A stretch of 64,000 nt of DNA from Octopus sinensis (taxonomy: Eukaryota). Below the pieces are notes generated by a model. That model saw nothing but the letters and a program-made list of their open reading frames with translations, ran no database searches and had not been told where the DNA came from. The position numbers were made by a program, and so were the translations under genes. Positions 13,003 through 24,036 of this stretch are shown piece by piece (position 1 is the stretch's first letter; each line of letters starts with the position of its first letter). The stretch spans positions 14,632,001 to 14,696,000 of the forward strand of contig NC_042999.1 of assembly GCF_006345805.1 (NCBI RefSeq), written 5' to 3'.

Positions 13003-13253
13003 AAGTGGTTCTCAAGGGGGAGGGGTTCATATGATCCATGGGGGAGTGCATATGACCTTTGGGGGTCCATGCAAGATTTTGTTGTTAAAAACTAGGTGCA
13101 ATAAATTTACAATACACAAAATATTTTAACGATTTTTTAATAAAATTCCTAAGAATATTTAATTATAAAAATATAATAGGATGTTTTAAAACATGGAATG
13201 ACTAACATAGGAATCAAAAGGGTTCATAGGTAAAAATTGGTTGAGAACTACTG
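13003..13253. mobile_element. hAT/Charlie-type MITE
   Basis: TIRs agtggttctcaa / ttgagaactact. Confidence 0.6.
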
Positions 13254-14268
13254 ACCTAGACAATGCCACTGTATCATAGAGTGTGATGATGATGATGATG
13301 ATGATGGCAGTAGCTCTTTGACTGGACAAGGTTAAATTTTCTACAAAAGTATAAGTAGTAGCAATATACTGGATTACAGTATACTACTATTGCTACTACT
13401 AATGACACTGAAAAGATGTATGTAAAGTTCAGTAGACCTAATAAGATTTGAACTCCTAATTTAGTAATTTAAACGATTGGCCAGAACTATCTGTAGGTGT
13501 TCATGGGCCCAAATGCTGTACTGGGTGGGTTCCCACAGTTGGTCTCATTACAGGCACAAGGCCTCAAAATGTTTAGGGGATTTGGGGCATAAAAATGTAT
13601 TCCAAAATGGTCTCATTACAGGCACAAGGCCAGACTATGTGTTCACATATATCTCCCACTTCCTAAGGAATTCAAGAGCCCTGGGGCTTCCTGAGCCCTA
13701 GTATTTAAGACAGGTATCTGTAGTACCTACTTTGAGACAGAACCAGAGGGAGAGAGCATATAGTCTGGTTCTCAACAATTTTTGTCAAATCACAGTTTAT
13801 AAGTAACAAGGAACTGATTGATATGGTTTGTAATATATGCCTACAGTAATTCTTCATTTAAAAGGCTAATTCCAGACTTTGATCCTTATTGCAAAAAGGA
13901 GCACAGGGTTTTATCAACCCTTCTGAGTCATGACAGTTTTCCTGCTGATATTTTCGGCTTAGCATAAATGGCACCCTAGATATTCCAAGTTATCACAGAT
14001 CTGTTGTCTGTTAGTCTTGTGCAATTTTCTGCCACCTGTCCTAAGAATTACTGCATTCACTGTTTGACTAGTCTAGATACAACAACAACAAACTGGTACA
14101 AGCAACAACAACCACTACATTAATAAAACGATGTCTGAATATTGCCTTTATAAATTGATGTCTGCATTGGAATCATTCAGGAAATATTTTTTTTCATAAG
14201 CTGGTATCTTGTTTCTGTTATAGCTAAAAAAAAAAATGTTTTTACAATAATTTTTATTTTCATTTCAG

Positions 14269-14367
14269 GAAACATTAAGCTGTCCAATGAAGATTCTCCA
14301 GGTGATAAAGAAAATGTTCCAGCAGCCCATATGATGGGAAGTATAAAATCTAATGTGCCGTCAAGAG
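14269..14367 (+). CDS. Internal exon of the TNF ligand carrying THD strand A
   Basis: Acceptor tttttattttcatttcAG and donor G|GTTGGT. The 99-nt phase 1-1 exon reads NIKLSNEDSPGDKENVPAAHMMGSIKSNVPSR. PAAHMMG matches the TNF-family P-A-A-H-L-x-G strand A. It joins 35021 in frame (g+ta = Val). Confidence 0.78.
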
Positions 14368-16817
14368 GTTGGTAGTTTGGCATTTCTTATTTGTTTTTTT
14401 GTCTTCTCCATCTCATCTCGCTCTCTCTATATATATATATATATATATCTCTATCTCTCTCTCTATATATATATATATATCTCTATATATATATATATTT
14501 CTCTCTCTCTGATTATATTTATTCTATCTTATTTGCTTATTTTACTATTTTCTGTTTGAGAAGAATTTTAGCTGCACCTGTATAGATATCTAAAATTTTG
14601 TAAGATATCTCTGAATATTACACAAACACACACACACACATACATACATACACACACAGAGATATGCATACATGCACGCAAAGGGTAGACACACAGGCAG
14701 ACATATGAACAGGCATGTAGACATAGTCAAAATGCTCAAATTCAAGACATTTTTATCTCTTATGTGCTTATTATTGAACAGAAGTTGTTTTGTATCTGAC
14801 TAGCATAGATATAACTTTATATTGAATTTCAGATTTTGTTTTATTTTGGTACTTTCCTAAGAATTAAGTCTTAGAAATCATTCTATTTCTTATATTCATA
14901 TCTCAAAATTTGAATCTAACTCACACCAACAATTTCCTCAATTGACTGCAATCTCAGAGGCAGCTGTTTGCTTTTCTCTTTTCGAGATTAAATTCTCAGA
15001 CTACGATGGCGTTTCTTTATTTTTTATAATACTCTTCTTCCTTTTATTCCTCTTTGAGAAATAGGTGAATGTTGGTATCAAGATAATCCCATTAGAATTT
15101 CTTAATCTTTAACAGTTTTTAACAGTCTTAGTTCTTGCTTAATCCAGGTTCTTAGTCTTTCATTCTATTCAGAAACAGTTCTATATTCTTTCAATTCATC
15201 TTGGCTTTTATACAAATTATCTTTAAAGGCATTAAAGTTATAGATATTATTATCATTATTATTACTATTATTATTATCATTATTGTTATCATTATTGTTA
15301 TTATTATTATTATCATTGTTATTTTATTCAATCTTATTTTAATTCTTCAAATTTATATAAGTGATCCTTGAAAATGTCAGTTAGACCATATTTTAAATCC
15401 GTAAATCAATGCAAGTCAAAGAAGAGATGCGTAGCGGCTAGAGTGTATTCTACAGAGGCTGCAGAAAATTCCAAAGACATTTAGTCATCATGATATCAAA
15501 GTTTTAATGATAAATGTTCCACAGATGTTGTTGTTGTTGTTGTTGCATAACAGTCGTAGTAGCAGTGGAATCTGATTGAAGTGACTAACAAAATTAATGA
15601 TTAATGGTAACCAATACACTCAAAGCACCATATAACAACAAGACAATGAGGGATTGTATACATGACTGCTCAACCTGCTAGAAATAACAGCCACGTATTT
15701 CTCAAATTACAATCTTTTTTTTACTAGTTTCAGAGTGTGGCCATGCTGGAGCACAGCCTGGAAGAATTTTTAGTTGAATGAATCAACCTCAGTACTTAGT
15801 TTTTTTTAAGCCTGAATTTATTCTGTCAGTCTCTTTTGCTGAACTGTTAAGTTATAGGGACACCATGGTTATACAAGTTAAGCTATAGGGGCACTGTTAA
15901 GTTATATAAGCACACCAACACCAGTTTTCAAGTGGTGGGGTGGGGCACACACACACACATGATGGGCTTCTTCCGGTTTCTGGCTATCAAATCCACTCAC
16001 AAGCCATTGGTCAGCACAAGGCTATAGAAGATACTTGTACCACAATGGGACTGAACCCAGAACCATGTGGTTGGGAAGCAAACTTCTTACCACACAGTCA
16101 TGCCAGTACCAATTTTTTTATTCATTGGATAGTGTAATCCAAGATAGACATAGAAGGTAGGATGTTCATGCCTGGAATGCCTTTCATCATTAGTTTGTTC
16201 TTTCAAGACTGACAAGGATTATACAATGGCAGCAACACACCAAATTTCATCTAGTTTCATTGGAGACATTTGGATGACCCTCATTATCATGTGATTGACC
16301 AGACTATCAGATGTTATACATCATAACTTTCAAACAATGCCACCCCACTGACAAAGGGAGCGGGCCAACATTCCTCCCAATCAGAAGACTAGTCCACTGC
16401 AGGGTGGCCCACTTACAGCCGAGTGGACTGGAGCCACATGAAATGAAGTGCTTTGCTCAAGAACACAACCTGCCACTCAGTCCGAGAACCAACCCCATGA
16501 TCTGACGATCATGAGCACAACAACACCCTAAACACAAGGTCTTGTACCTTCTTGTTATAATGGCTTTAAATCAGCCTTATTGTTCTGTTGGCCCTTCATA
16601 AATATTATGGATCCAGCCTCTCACACCTAGCCTACATTGTCACTAAACAATCAGCACATGGAAATCTCAAAGCTACTCAAATTAATGCATGATTAATTCA
16701 AGCAATGTTAATCAATATGCATTACATTAGAATAAATAAAATGAATACTAAAGAATTAGATCCAACCATTATATCTAAGGTGAGGGTCTCTTTACAGTCA
16801 CTTGATACACTATGTAT

Positions 16818-17124
16818 AAGTGGCTGTGTGGTAAGTAGCTTGTTTACCAATCACATGGTTCCGGGTTCAGTCCCACTGTGTGGCATCTTGGGCGAGTGTC
16901 TTCTGCTATAGCCTCGGGCCGACCAAAGCCTTGTGAGTGGATTTGGTAGACGGAAACTGAAAGAAGCCAGTCGTATATCATCATCATCATTTAACGTCCG
17001 CTTTCCATGCTGGCATGGGTTGGACGGTTCAACTGGGGTCTGGGAAGCCAGAAGGCTGCACCAGGCCCAGTCTGATCTGGCAGTGCTTCTACAGCTGGAT
17101 GCCCTTCCTAATGCCAATAATATG

Positions 17125-17167
<43 letters not shown>

Positions 17168-17360
17168 TTGTGTCCCCCCCCCCACATCGCTTGATAACTG
17201 ATGCTGGTGTGTTTACGTCCCCGTAACTTAGTGGTTCGGCAAAAGAGACCGATAGAATAAGTACTAGGCTTACAAAGAATAAGTCTTGGGGTCGATTTGT
17301 TCGACCAAAAGCGGTGCTCCAGCATGGCCGTAGTCAAATGACTGAAGCAAGTAAGAATAA
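16818..17360 (+). mobile_element. Family B SINE interrupted by a reverse family A fragment (16979-17115)
   Basis: Head half at 16818-16975; tail half resumes after (TG)n at about 17160. Confidence 0.75.
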
Positions 17361-17810
17361 GAATATGTCTGAAAGCAGAAAGAGCAAACACCTTTGGCCT
17401 AAAGATAGATGAAATACCACTAAGCATTTGATCCGGTATGCTAATGATTCTGACAGCTTGTTGCCTTCAGAGTCTTCTAATTACTAAGAGTGAGTCCCAT
17501 TGACAGGGAATATAGTTGTTAATGAATTTTGTCAAAGCTACAGTAGCAGTATCCATTGCATAGTGCAGTTATACAGTGTATTCCTAGATAAGGCTGAGAT
17601 ATGGCAGGCCAGCACACACACACACGTGTGTGTATGCAAGCACACATCCAAATAATGTTACATAAACTCATTAATATAGAAACACCGCCAGATCTGACTG
17701 GCCTGGTACAGCCTTCGGGCTTCCCAGACCCCAGTTAAACCGTCCAACCCATGCTAGCATGGAAAGCGGATGTTAAACGATGATGATGATGATACACAGT
17801 TCACATAGTC

Positions 17811-18030
17811 ACTCTTTACTCTCTTTTTACTCTTTTACTTGTTTCAGTCATTTGACTGCGGCCATGCTGGAGCACCGCCTTTAATCGAGCAACTCGACCC
17901 CGGGACTTATTCTTTGTAAGCCCAGTACTTATTCTATCGGTCTCTTTTGCTGAACCGCTAAGTGACGGGGACATAAACACACCAGCATCGGTTGTCAAGC
18001 AATGCTAGGGGAACAAACACAGACACACAA

Positions 18031-18084
<54 letters not shown>

Positions 18085-18233
18085 GACGGGCTTCTTTCAG
18101 TTTCCGTCTACCAAATCCACTCACAAGGCTCTGGTCGGCCCGAGGCTATAGTAGAAGACACTTGCCCAAGATGCCACGCAGTGGGACTGAACCCGGAACC
18201 ATGTGGTTGGTAAACAAGCTACTTACCACACAG
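17811..18233 (-). mobile_element. Family B tRNA-derived SINE, near full length
   Basis: tRNA-like head (tggtaagtagc...ggttcagtccc), central ccttgggcaagtgtcttctactatagcc, internal (TA/CA)n and an (AAGAGTA)n-like tail. About 20 copies in the window. Confidence 0.8.
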
Positions 18234-18974
18234 TATTTTCATAAATATACATCCACTCACTTATCCAAGCCAAGAAGTTTTCACTTACGCATACACACAC
18301 ACACAAACACACTCATACAAAGTTGTTCATATGAACTCATGCTCACAGTATCAGAAATGTGTGTGTGTGTCTGTGTGTGAATGTCTGTTTATGCATACAC
18401 ATGGCAGTCACACTTCTCCATATACATTTATACATAGACTTCCTCATTCAAGTACATGCACACACACAATAAAAGATAAAAATCACACAACAGCCAAAAT
18501 ACCATTCTCTAACACCCTCCCTTACATTCTCTGTACATACACACATTTATATCTCCTTGTCCCTAAATGAAGCCAAGCTGAGTATGAATTCGACAGAAGA
18601 CCGATACATCAACTGTTCCATTTCCTTTCAGTTATTCTATAAAAGTTTGGCCAAAAGAAGCAGCTGTCTTAAGAAGCAACTAATATATTCACCCAGTAGC
18701 GCTCGGCTCACGAAAACACTATTGACAGTTGAGGTTATTTTGGGGGAATTTTGTTAAAAAAATATTTCTACCAACAGTTTGTTATTTCCTGATCAGAAAA
18801 TATACTCTGCAATATTTATTTTTATAGAGTCCAACAGCGTAGACTAGCTTGTAAAAATATTGCAAAGATGATTTCTTTATTTTCCACAAGGGCAACATGG
18901 ATACTAATGCCATATTACAATGCAGTCACTACAATGTCATATATATATATATATATATATTATTAGAAGAAATA

Positions 18975-19475
18975 TCCAACTGTGGCTGATGCCAGCGCCG
19001 CCTTGACTGGCTTCTGTGCCGGTAGCACATGACCTGCTGTGCTTGAGGAGACCTATTGAGTCAAGTACATCAACATCAAAATAAATATCAAATGGAAATT
19101 GTAGTTGTGGTACTGTGTTGGTGGCACGTAAAAGCCACCATCCAAACATGGCTGATGCCAGCACCACCTTGACTGGCTTCTGTGTCGGTGGCACGTAAAA
19201 AGCACCATCCGAACGCGGCCGATGCTGTGCTGGTAGCACGAAAAAAGCACCAACCGATCGAGGCCGCTACCAGCTTCCCCTGGCACCTGTGCCGGTGGCA
19301 TGTAAAAAGCACCCACTACACTCATGGAGTGGTTGGCGTTAGGAAGGACATCCAGCTGTAGAAACACTGCCAGATCAGACTGGGCCTGGTGCAGCCTCCT
19401 GGCTTCCCAGATCCCAGTCGAACCGTCCAACCCGTGCTAGCATGGAAAACGGACGTTAAACGATGATGATGATGA
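18975..19475 (+). mobile_element. Family A: RTE-type retroposon 3' end with internal ~60-bp tandem units and (GAT)n tail (longest copy)
   Basis: Ends ...ggaaaacggacgttaaacGATGATGATGAT. Contains repeated gcacgtaaaaagcacc units and the ggcgttaggaagg(g/a)catccagctgtagaaac block. About 25 copies in the window. Confidence 0.75.
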
Positions 19476-19924
19476 AGGTACTCAGAAATCTGGATGGTTT
19501 TATATTTACAGATTTTTATTAATATGTCACATGTTTTTATAAATCATCATCATCATCGTTTAACGTCCGTTTTCCGTGCTAGCACGGGTTGGACACAAAA
19601 CTGCATCTTGTGTTTATCATACTTTTTCCTATATTTGCTCTGTACATTATGACCAGTAATGCTACTATGTACAATAGTAACCACACCACTATACTGGAAG
19701 CAGACTGGATGCTGATGTTCTTCTAAGAGAAGCTTTGAACATGAGTAACTCTGCAATGGACCAGCATGCTATTCAGGTGTGTAAATCATACACCATGGAA
19801 GCCAGCTCTTGTGGGTCTGCATGACTTGAGAAGGAAATGTTACCTACCTTTAACTGCATTGGAAAGGGCCTACCCAACCTATGCAAGCATGGCAAAACAG
19901 ACAGGAAAATAAAAGCTATGATAG

Positions 19925-20195
19925 AGATTGGGTTACTGACCCCAAGATCCGAGTTTGATTCCAGGCAGGGACCTGAATAATAACAATAATAATAATGATA
20001 ATAATAATAACATCTAAAAAATACCTTAGGAATGAGAACCCATGCTCGAAATTTCCCCAAGACACCTGATGAAGGCTGGAGGGTATATCAGCCGAAACGT
20101 TGTGTTAACAACAAACAAGATGAGTACAAATATCCTTCGAATGCAAATAACGTAAATAATGTAAATAATTCCTCATCTCTTAAATATAGAACAGA
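19925..20195 (+). mobile_element. SINE-like element: tRNA-like head, (AAT)n, then HHR-bearing tail
   Basis: Anticodon-arm-like ttgggttactgaccccaa, B-box-like GAGTTTGATTCC 19951-19962, (AAT)n 19976-20010, HHR 20061-20106, and a downstream stem AGATGAG/CTCATCT (20118-20124/20172-20178). Confidence 0.55.
20061..20106 (+). ncRNA. Minimal type I hammerhead ribozyme motif
   Basis: GACAC-CUGAUGA-A-GGCUG-(10-nt loop)-CAGCC-GAAA-CGU-U-GUGUU. Stem I is 5 bp, stem II 5 bp, stem III the palindromic ACGU, triplet GUU, with an extra A between A9 and G10.1. Confidence 0.8.
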
Positions 20196-20560
20196 GATTG
20201 GGTTGTATAATATCTACATTTCGGTGTTTACAAATGATTATGTTCCTGTAAAATCTTTCTGTCATTATTCATCATTCATCATTCACCTTGTCTTTTATTA
20301 ATGTGTCTCCTCCTCATTATCATTATGTCTCTTCTATTATTTCCATCTGTGCAACAAGAGATAGAATTACTTTGAATATGCTGCCCATAATTCAGTCCAC
20401 TCCTCTTTTCCATTTGCCATTATTTATTGCTAGCCCTAACAAGCTCTTTTCTATCAAAACCTCCCCTCCTACTCATTGTTGACTCTTACTCTCTTCTCAT
20501 TTACCCATCTCTCTCTCTCTCTCTCTCTCTCCTTCTCATGTTTAACTGGTTGGTCTATGT

Positions 20561-21392
20561 AGGTGGTTCTCAATCATTTTTTGCTTTTTTCTTTTACCTA
20601 TGGATTCCTTTGAATCCTATTTTGCTCAAGTAAAATAAGATTCATATATGTGCAGGAGTGGCTGTGTGTATGTATATAGGTGCAGGAATGGCTTTCTGGT
20701 AAGTAGCTTGCTTACCAACCACATGGTTCCAAGTTCAGTCCCACTGCATGGCACCTTGGGCAAGTGTCTTCTACTATAGCCTCAGGCCGACCAAAGCCTT
20801 GTGAGTGGATATGGTTAATGGAAACTGAAAGAAGCCCATCGTATATGTGTGTTTGTGTGTCTGTTTGTCCCCCCACCATCACTTGACAACCGATGCTGGT
20901 GTGTTCACGTCCCCGTAACTTAGCAGTTTGGCAAAAGACACCAATAGAATAAGTACTAGGTTTACAAAGAATAAGTCCTGGGGTTGATTTGCTCGACTAA
21001 AAGGCGGTGCTCCAGCATGGCTGTGGTCGAATGACTGAAACAAGTAAAAGAGTAAAGAGAGAGAGAGAGTATGAGACTAACTGTGAACTAGACACTTATA
21101 GTTCTTAATTACTGGTACAAACATTTATCTACCAGCATGTATAACACAAACCTTTCATCTGTAGCAAAAATCCAACCAAAACTTTGGGAGATAAAAAGAA
21201 AAAGACCCATGTAGCCATTCAATCTTAAAAAGATATTTTATTTTCACAACTAAATATTATTAAGAATTGTATAGAAATAATCATTAAAATATTTTGTATA
21301 TTTTAAAACTATAACCATTACAGATAAATTTTAACAACAAAATCTTACATGGAAACCCCAAAAGCCTTATAGACCCTAATTAAGAATCACTG
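20561..21392. mobile_element. hAT/Charlie-type MITE interrupted by a SINE
   Basis: Termini (a)gtggttctcaa ... ttaagaatcactg; 8-bp TSD GTCTATGT/GTCTACGT. The internal sequence matches the reverse complement of 13003-13253. Confidence 0.65.
20679..21058 (+). mobile_element. Family B SINE nested in a hAT-type MITE
   Basis: Full head-to-tail match to other family B copies. Confidence 0.8.
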
Positions 21393-21984
21393 GTCTACGT
21401 CTTAGCAACTTGCTCGTATGCTGACAGTAAGGATTATTATGTTGGTCAAAGATGTTCCAATAACAACCTTCCTACGTTATATCAATAGCATAGCTCAGGA
21501 AGATCAAAGATTGGGGTTCACCATGCACAGCACTTTTGGGTCTGCTGTGTAAGCTTGTAAATGCTTGGAGGCCTGGGAGAGGGGGCAGCAAGCTCAAAAA
21601 CTGCCCTGGGAGGGACCTTCTAGCTACATCACAGCTTTATGTTCAGACTCAGTTGTATCCGAGACAATATCTAACATAGTGTGTGATTATCTGAAGGAGA
21701 CTCAACTGCTATTTCTAGCATGCTGAGCAACACCATCAAAGCCCCTTATTGCCTCAAAGGCAAAGATGATGATGATGATGGTAGGACTACTACTACTGCT
21801 GCCGCTTTTGCAGCTGCTATGGTTAAATAAATAAAAGAGTGGGTGAGAGTAAAATTATTGTTTGAAAATATTTCTTTTGAAATTTGTATAAATTAGATAA
21901 TCTAAAATATTAAACTTCCTTCCAGAAACCTCCAACTAGTGTTTATGGAGTGGAAAGAGAAAACTGTCTTTATCTGCTTTAACA

Positions 21985-22350
21985 CACACACACGTATGAG
22001 TGTATATGTGTGTGTATATAAGTGTATATATACATGTATATATATATATATCTAAATATGTATATGTAATGTTTATGTATAATGCATATATGTGACTATA
22101 CATGTATGTGTATATATGAACATATATGTATGTGTACATATGTGTGTATATGCATATATGCCACTATATATTTATGTATATATATATACACATACACTAA
22201 GATATAAATATGTATGTGCATATGTATGTGTGTGTGCATGTTTATATATATGTGTGTACGCATGTGTGAGTTTACATATATGTGTGTATGTGCATGTGTG
22301 AGTTTACATATGTATGTGTGTATAAACACATATATATATATATATATATA
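21985..22350. repeat. (TA)/(TG) microsatellite tract
   Basis: Seen directly. Confidence 0.95.
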
Positions 22351-22412
22351 TAAAACATTATTGGTGAATTGAAGAAATGGAGCTGAACGCAGATTGAACA
22401 GAAATCGTTTTA

Positions 22413-22501
22413 TTTCATTCTACACGTGTTTCGAAAGGCACACATTACCAAAATCCGATTGAATAATGGGACCATATTGTGTCTTTCTCTTCAGGAAGAA
22501 A
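22413..22501 (-). ncRNA. Mirror copy of the same hammerhead ribozyme motif
   Basis: Exact reverse complement of 22681-22769 in the left palindrome arm (tcttcag 22488-22494; tacacgtgtttc 22421-22432). Confidence 0.8.
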
Positions 22502-22680
22502 AAAAGGAAATCCGTTGGAAAAACAAAAACAGAACAGAGGCAGAGCAAAAAACAAATCGAACTGTGCTCCTAAGAGCCCATGGCGAACCATGGGTTTCGC
22601 CATGGGCTCTTAGGAGCACAGTTCGATTTGTTTTTTGCTCTGCCTCTGTTCTGTTTTTGTTTTTCAACGGATTTCCTTTT

Positions 22681-22769
22681 TTTCTTCCTGAAGAGAAAGA
22701 CACAATATGGTCCCATTATTCAATCGGATTTTGGTAATGTGTGCCTTTCGAAACACGTGTAGAATGAAA
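22681..22769 (+). ncRNA. Type I hammerhead ribozyme motif (PLE-type, palindromic stem III)
   Basis: CUGAAGA 22688-22694. Stem II GAAAG/CUUUC plus ACACA/UGUGU. GAAA 22750-22753. Stem III ACAC/GUGU. Cleavage triplet GUA 22759-22761. Stem I UUUCUUC/GAA(U)GAAA. Confidence 0.82.
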
Positions 22770-23333
22770 TAAAACGATTTCTGTTCAATCTGCGTTCAGC
22801 TCCATTTCTTCAATTCACCAATAATGTTTTAATTTCAATTATCCGCACCAACGCACGGTTGCAACGCCAGATGGTTGTACCTCCAACCGTGCTGTTCACT
22901 GCTGTGATTTTTGCTACTAAGGTATCGGTTAAACTTTTGATTAATCCACTACAAGATTATTCATCTTTCTATTTCACATAATATATATATATATATATAT
23001 ATACATGTGTGTGTTTATCATTGCTTAATTACATTTTGTCAACATTACTAGATTTATTTTCTGGTAAATTGCATAATGTATCTATCTCCATCCCTCCTCC
23101 CTCTCTCTCTCTTTCTCTCACACACACACACACACACCTATATACAGAAAGAGTGTGTGAGAGAGAGTGTGTGTGTGTATGTCTATCATGAAACACTAGC
23201 AGTTTTTGATATTAAATATTTCCTTTCAAGTAGTAGGAGAGACAGCAATAAATAAAGTTAGTAATAGGCAATCACCTTCAAAATTCTATTATTTTATTTT
23301 TCTCTGCTTTTTCCCCACTTCTGTTTCCTTCAG

Positions 23334-23348
23334 ATATAACCAGGAAGG
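23334..23348 (+). CDS. Candidate 15-nt micro-exon (ITRK) preceding the TM-like exon
   Basis: Very strong pyrimidine tract ttttctctgctttttccccacttctgtttccttcAG; weak donor GTGTGT. Only phase 1 is compatible with 23456, and it places basic residues before the TM. Confidence 0.2.
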
Positions 23349-23455
23349 GTGTGTATATACACATGCACACATATTATATACACATACACAGCTTGAGGTG
23401 TGTATAGCTCTAATGTAGACTCTGAAAATCTTTCATGTATCATTTTATTTCGTAG

Positions 23456-23539
23456 TTAAGAGTTCCATTATTGCTACAATGGTAATATTAATGTTGTTCA
23501 ACATCGTTTTTGCTTCTATTTACAAATGTTCTTTTTTGT
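23456..23539 (+). CDS. Candidate transmembrane-segment exon (type II anchor-like)
   Basis: Acceptor ttttatttcgtAG and consensus donor GTGAGT at 23540. The only open frame reads KSSIIATMVILMLFNIVFASIYKCSFL, a hydrophobic helix. Confidence 0.38.
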
Positions 23540-23885
23540 GTGAGTGTATGTATGGGTGCGTGTATATGTATGTATTTATATATACATACACACACTCACA
23601 CAAGTATTTTTGTGAATATATAAATACATATGTACACTAAAGTATTTGGGCATATATATATATTATATTCACACTCTCTTACAAAATATTTTTGTAAATG
23701 TATAAATACATATACACACAAAAGTATTTGAGTGAGTGTGCATGCACAGATGCACACACATGTATACAGTCATATATACTCTACTCTTATGCAGACAAAA
23801 CTTTTTAGAAAATTTTATATATACATATATATATATAATAATATTAATAATAGTAACTGATAAAAGCTGGGTTTTTTTCTAAGAC

Positions 23886-23916
<31 letters not shown>

Positions 23917-24036
23917 CGTGTGTATGTGGTACGTGCACATTAAATTGTTTGTGTCAGTTTAATTTATCTCTATAGAAGTGAGAAAGAAATAATAGTGATA
24001 ACATAATTCCGCTATTTACTCTCTTCTCGTCTACAG

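Larger units (their letters stand above)
22351..22980 (+). mobile_element. Probable Penelope-like element terminus: inverted plus direct terminal repeat with 3' extension, between (TA)n tracts
   Basis: 481-bp palindrome 22351-22831 followed by about 150 bp of unique extension. (TA)n lies on both sides (about 22330-22350 and 22982-23003). Contains a PLE-style minimal HHR. No RT or GIY-YIG ORF is present. Confidence 0.6.
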
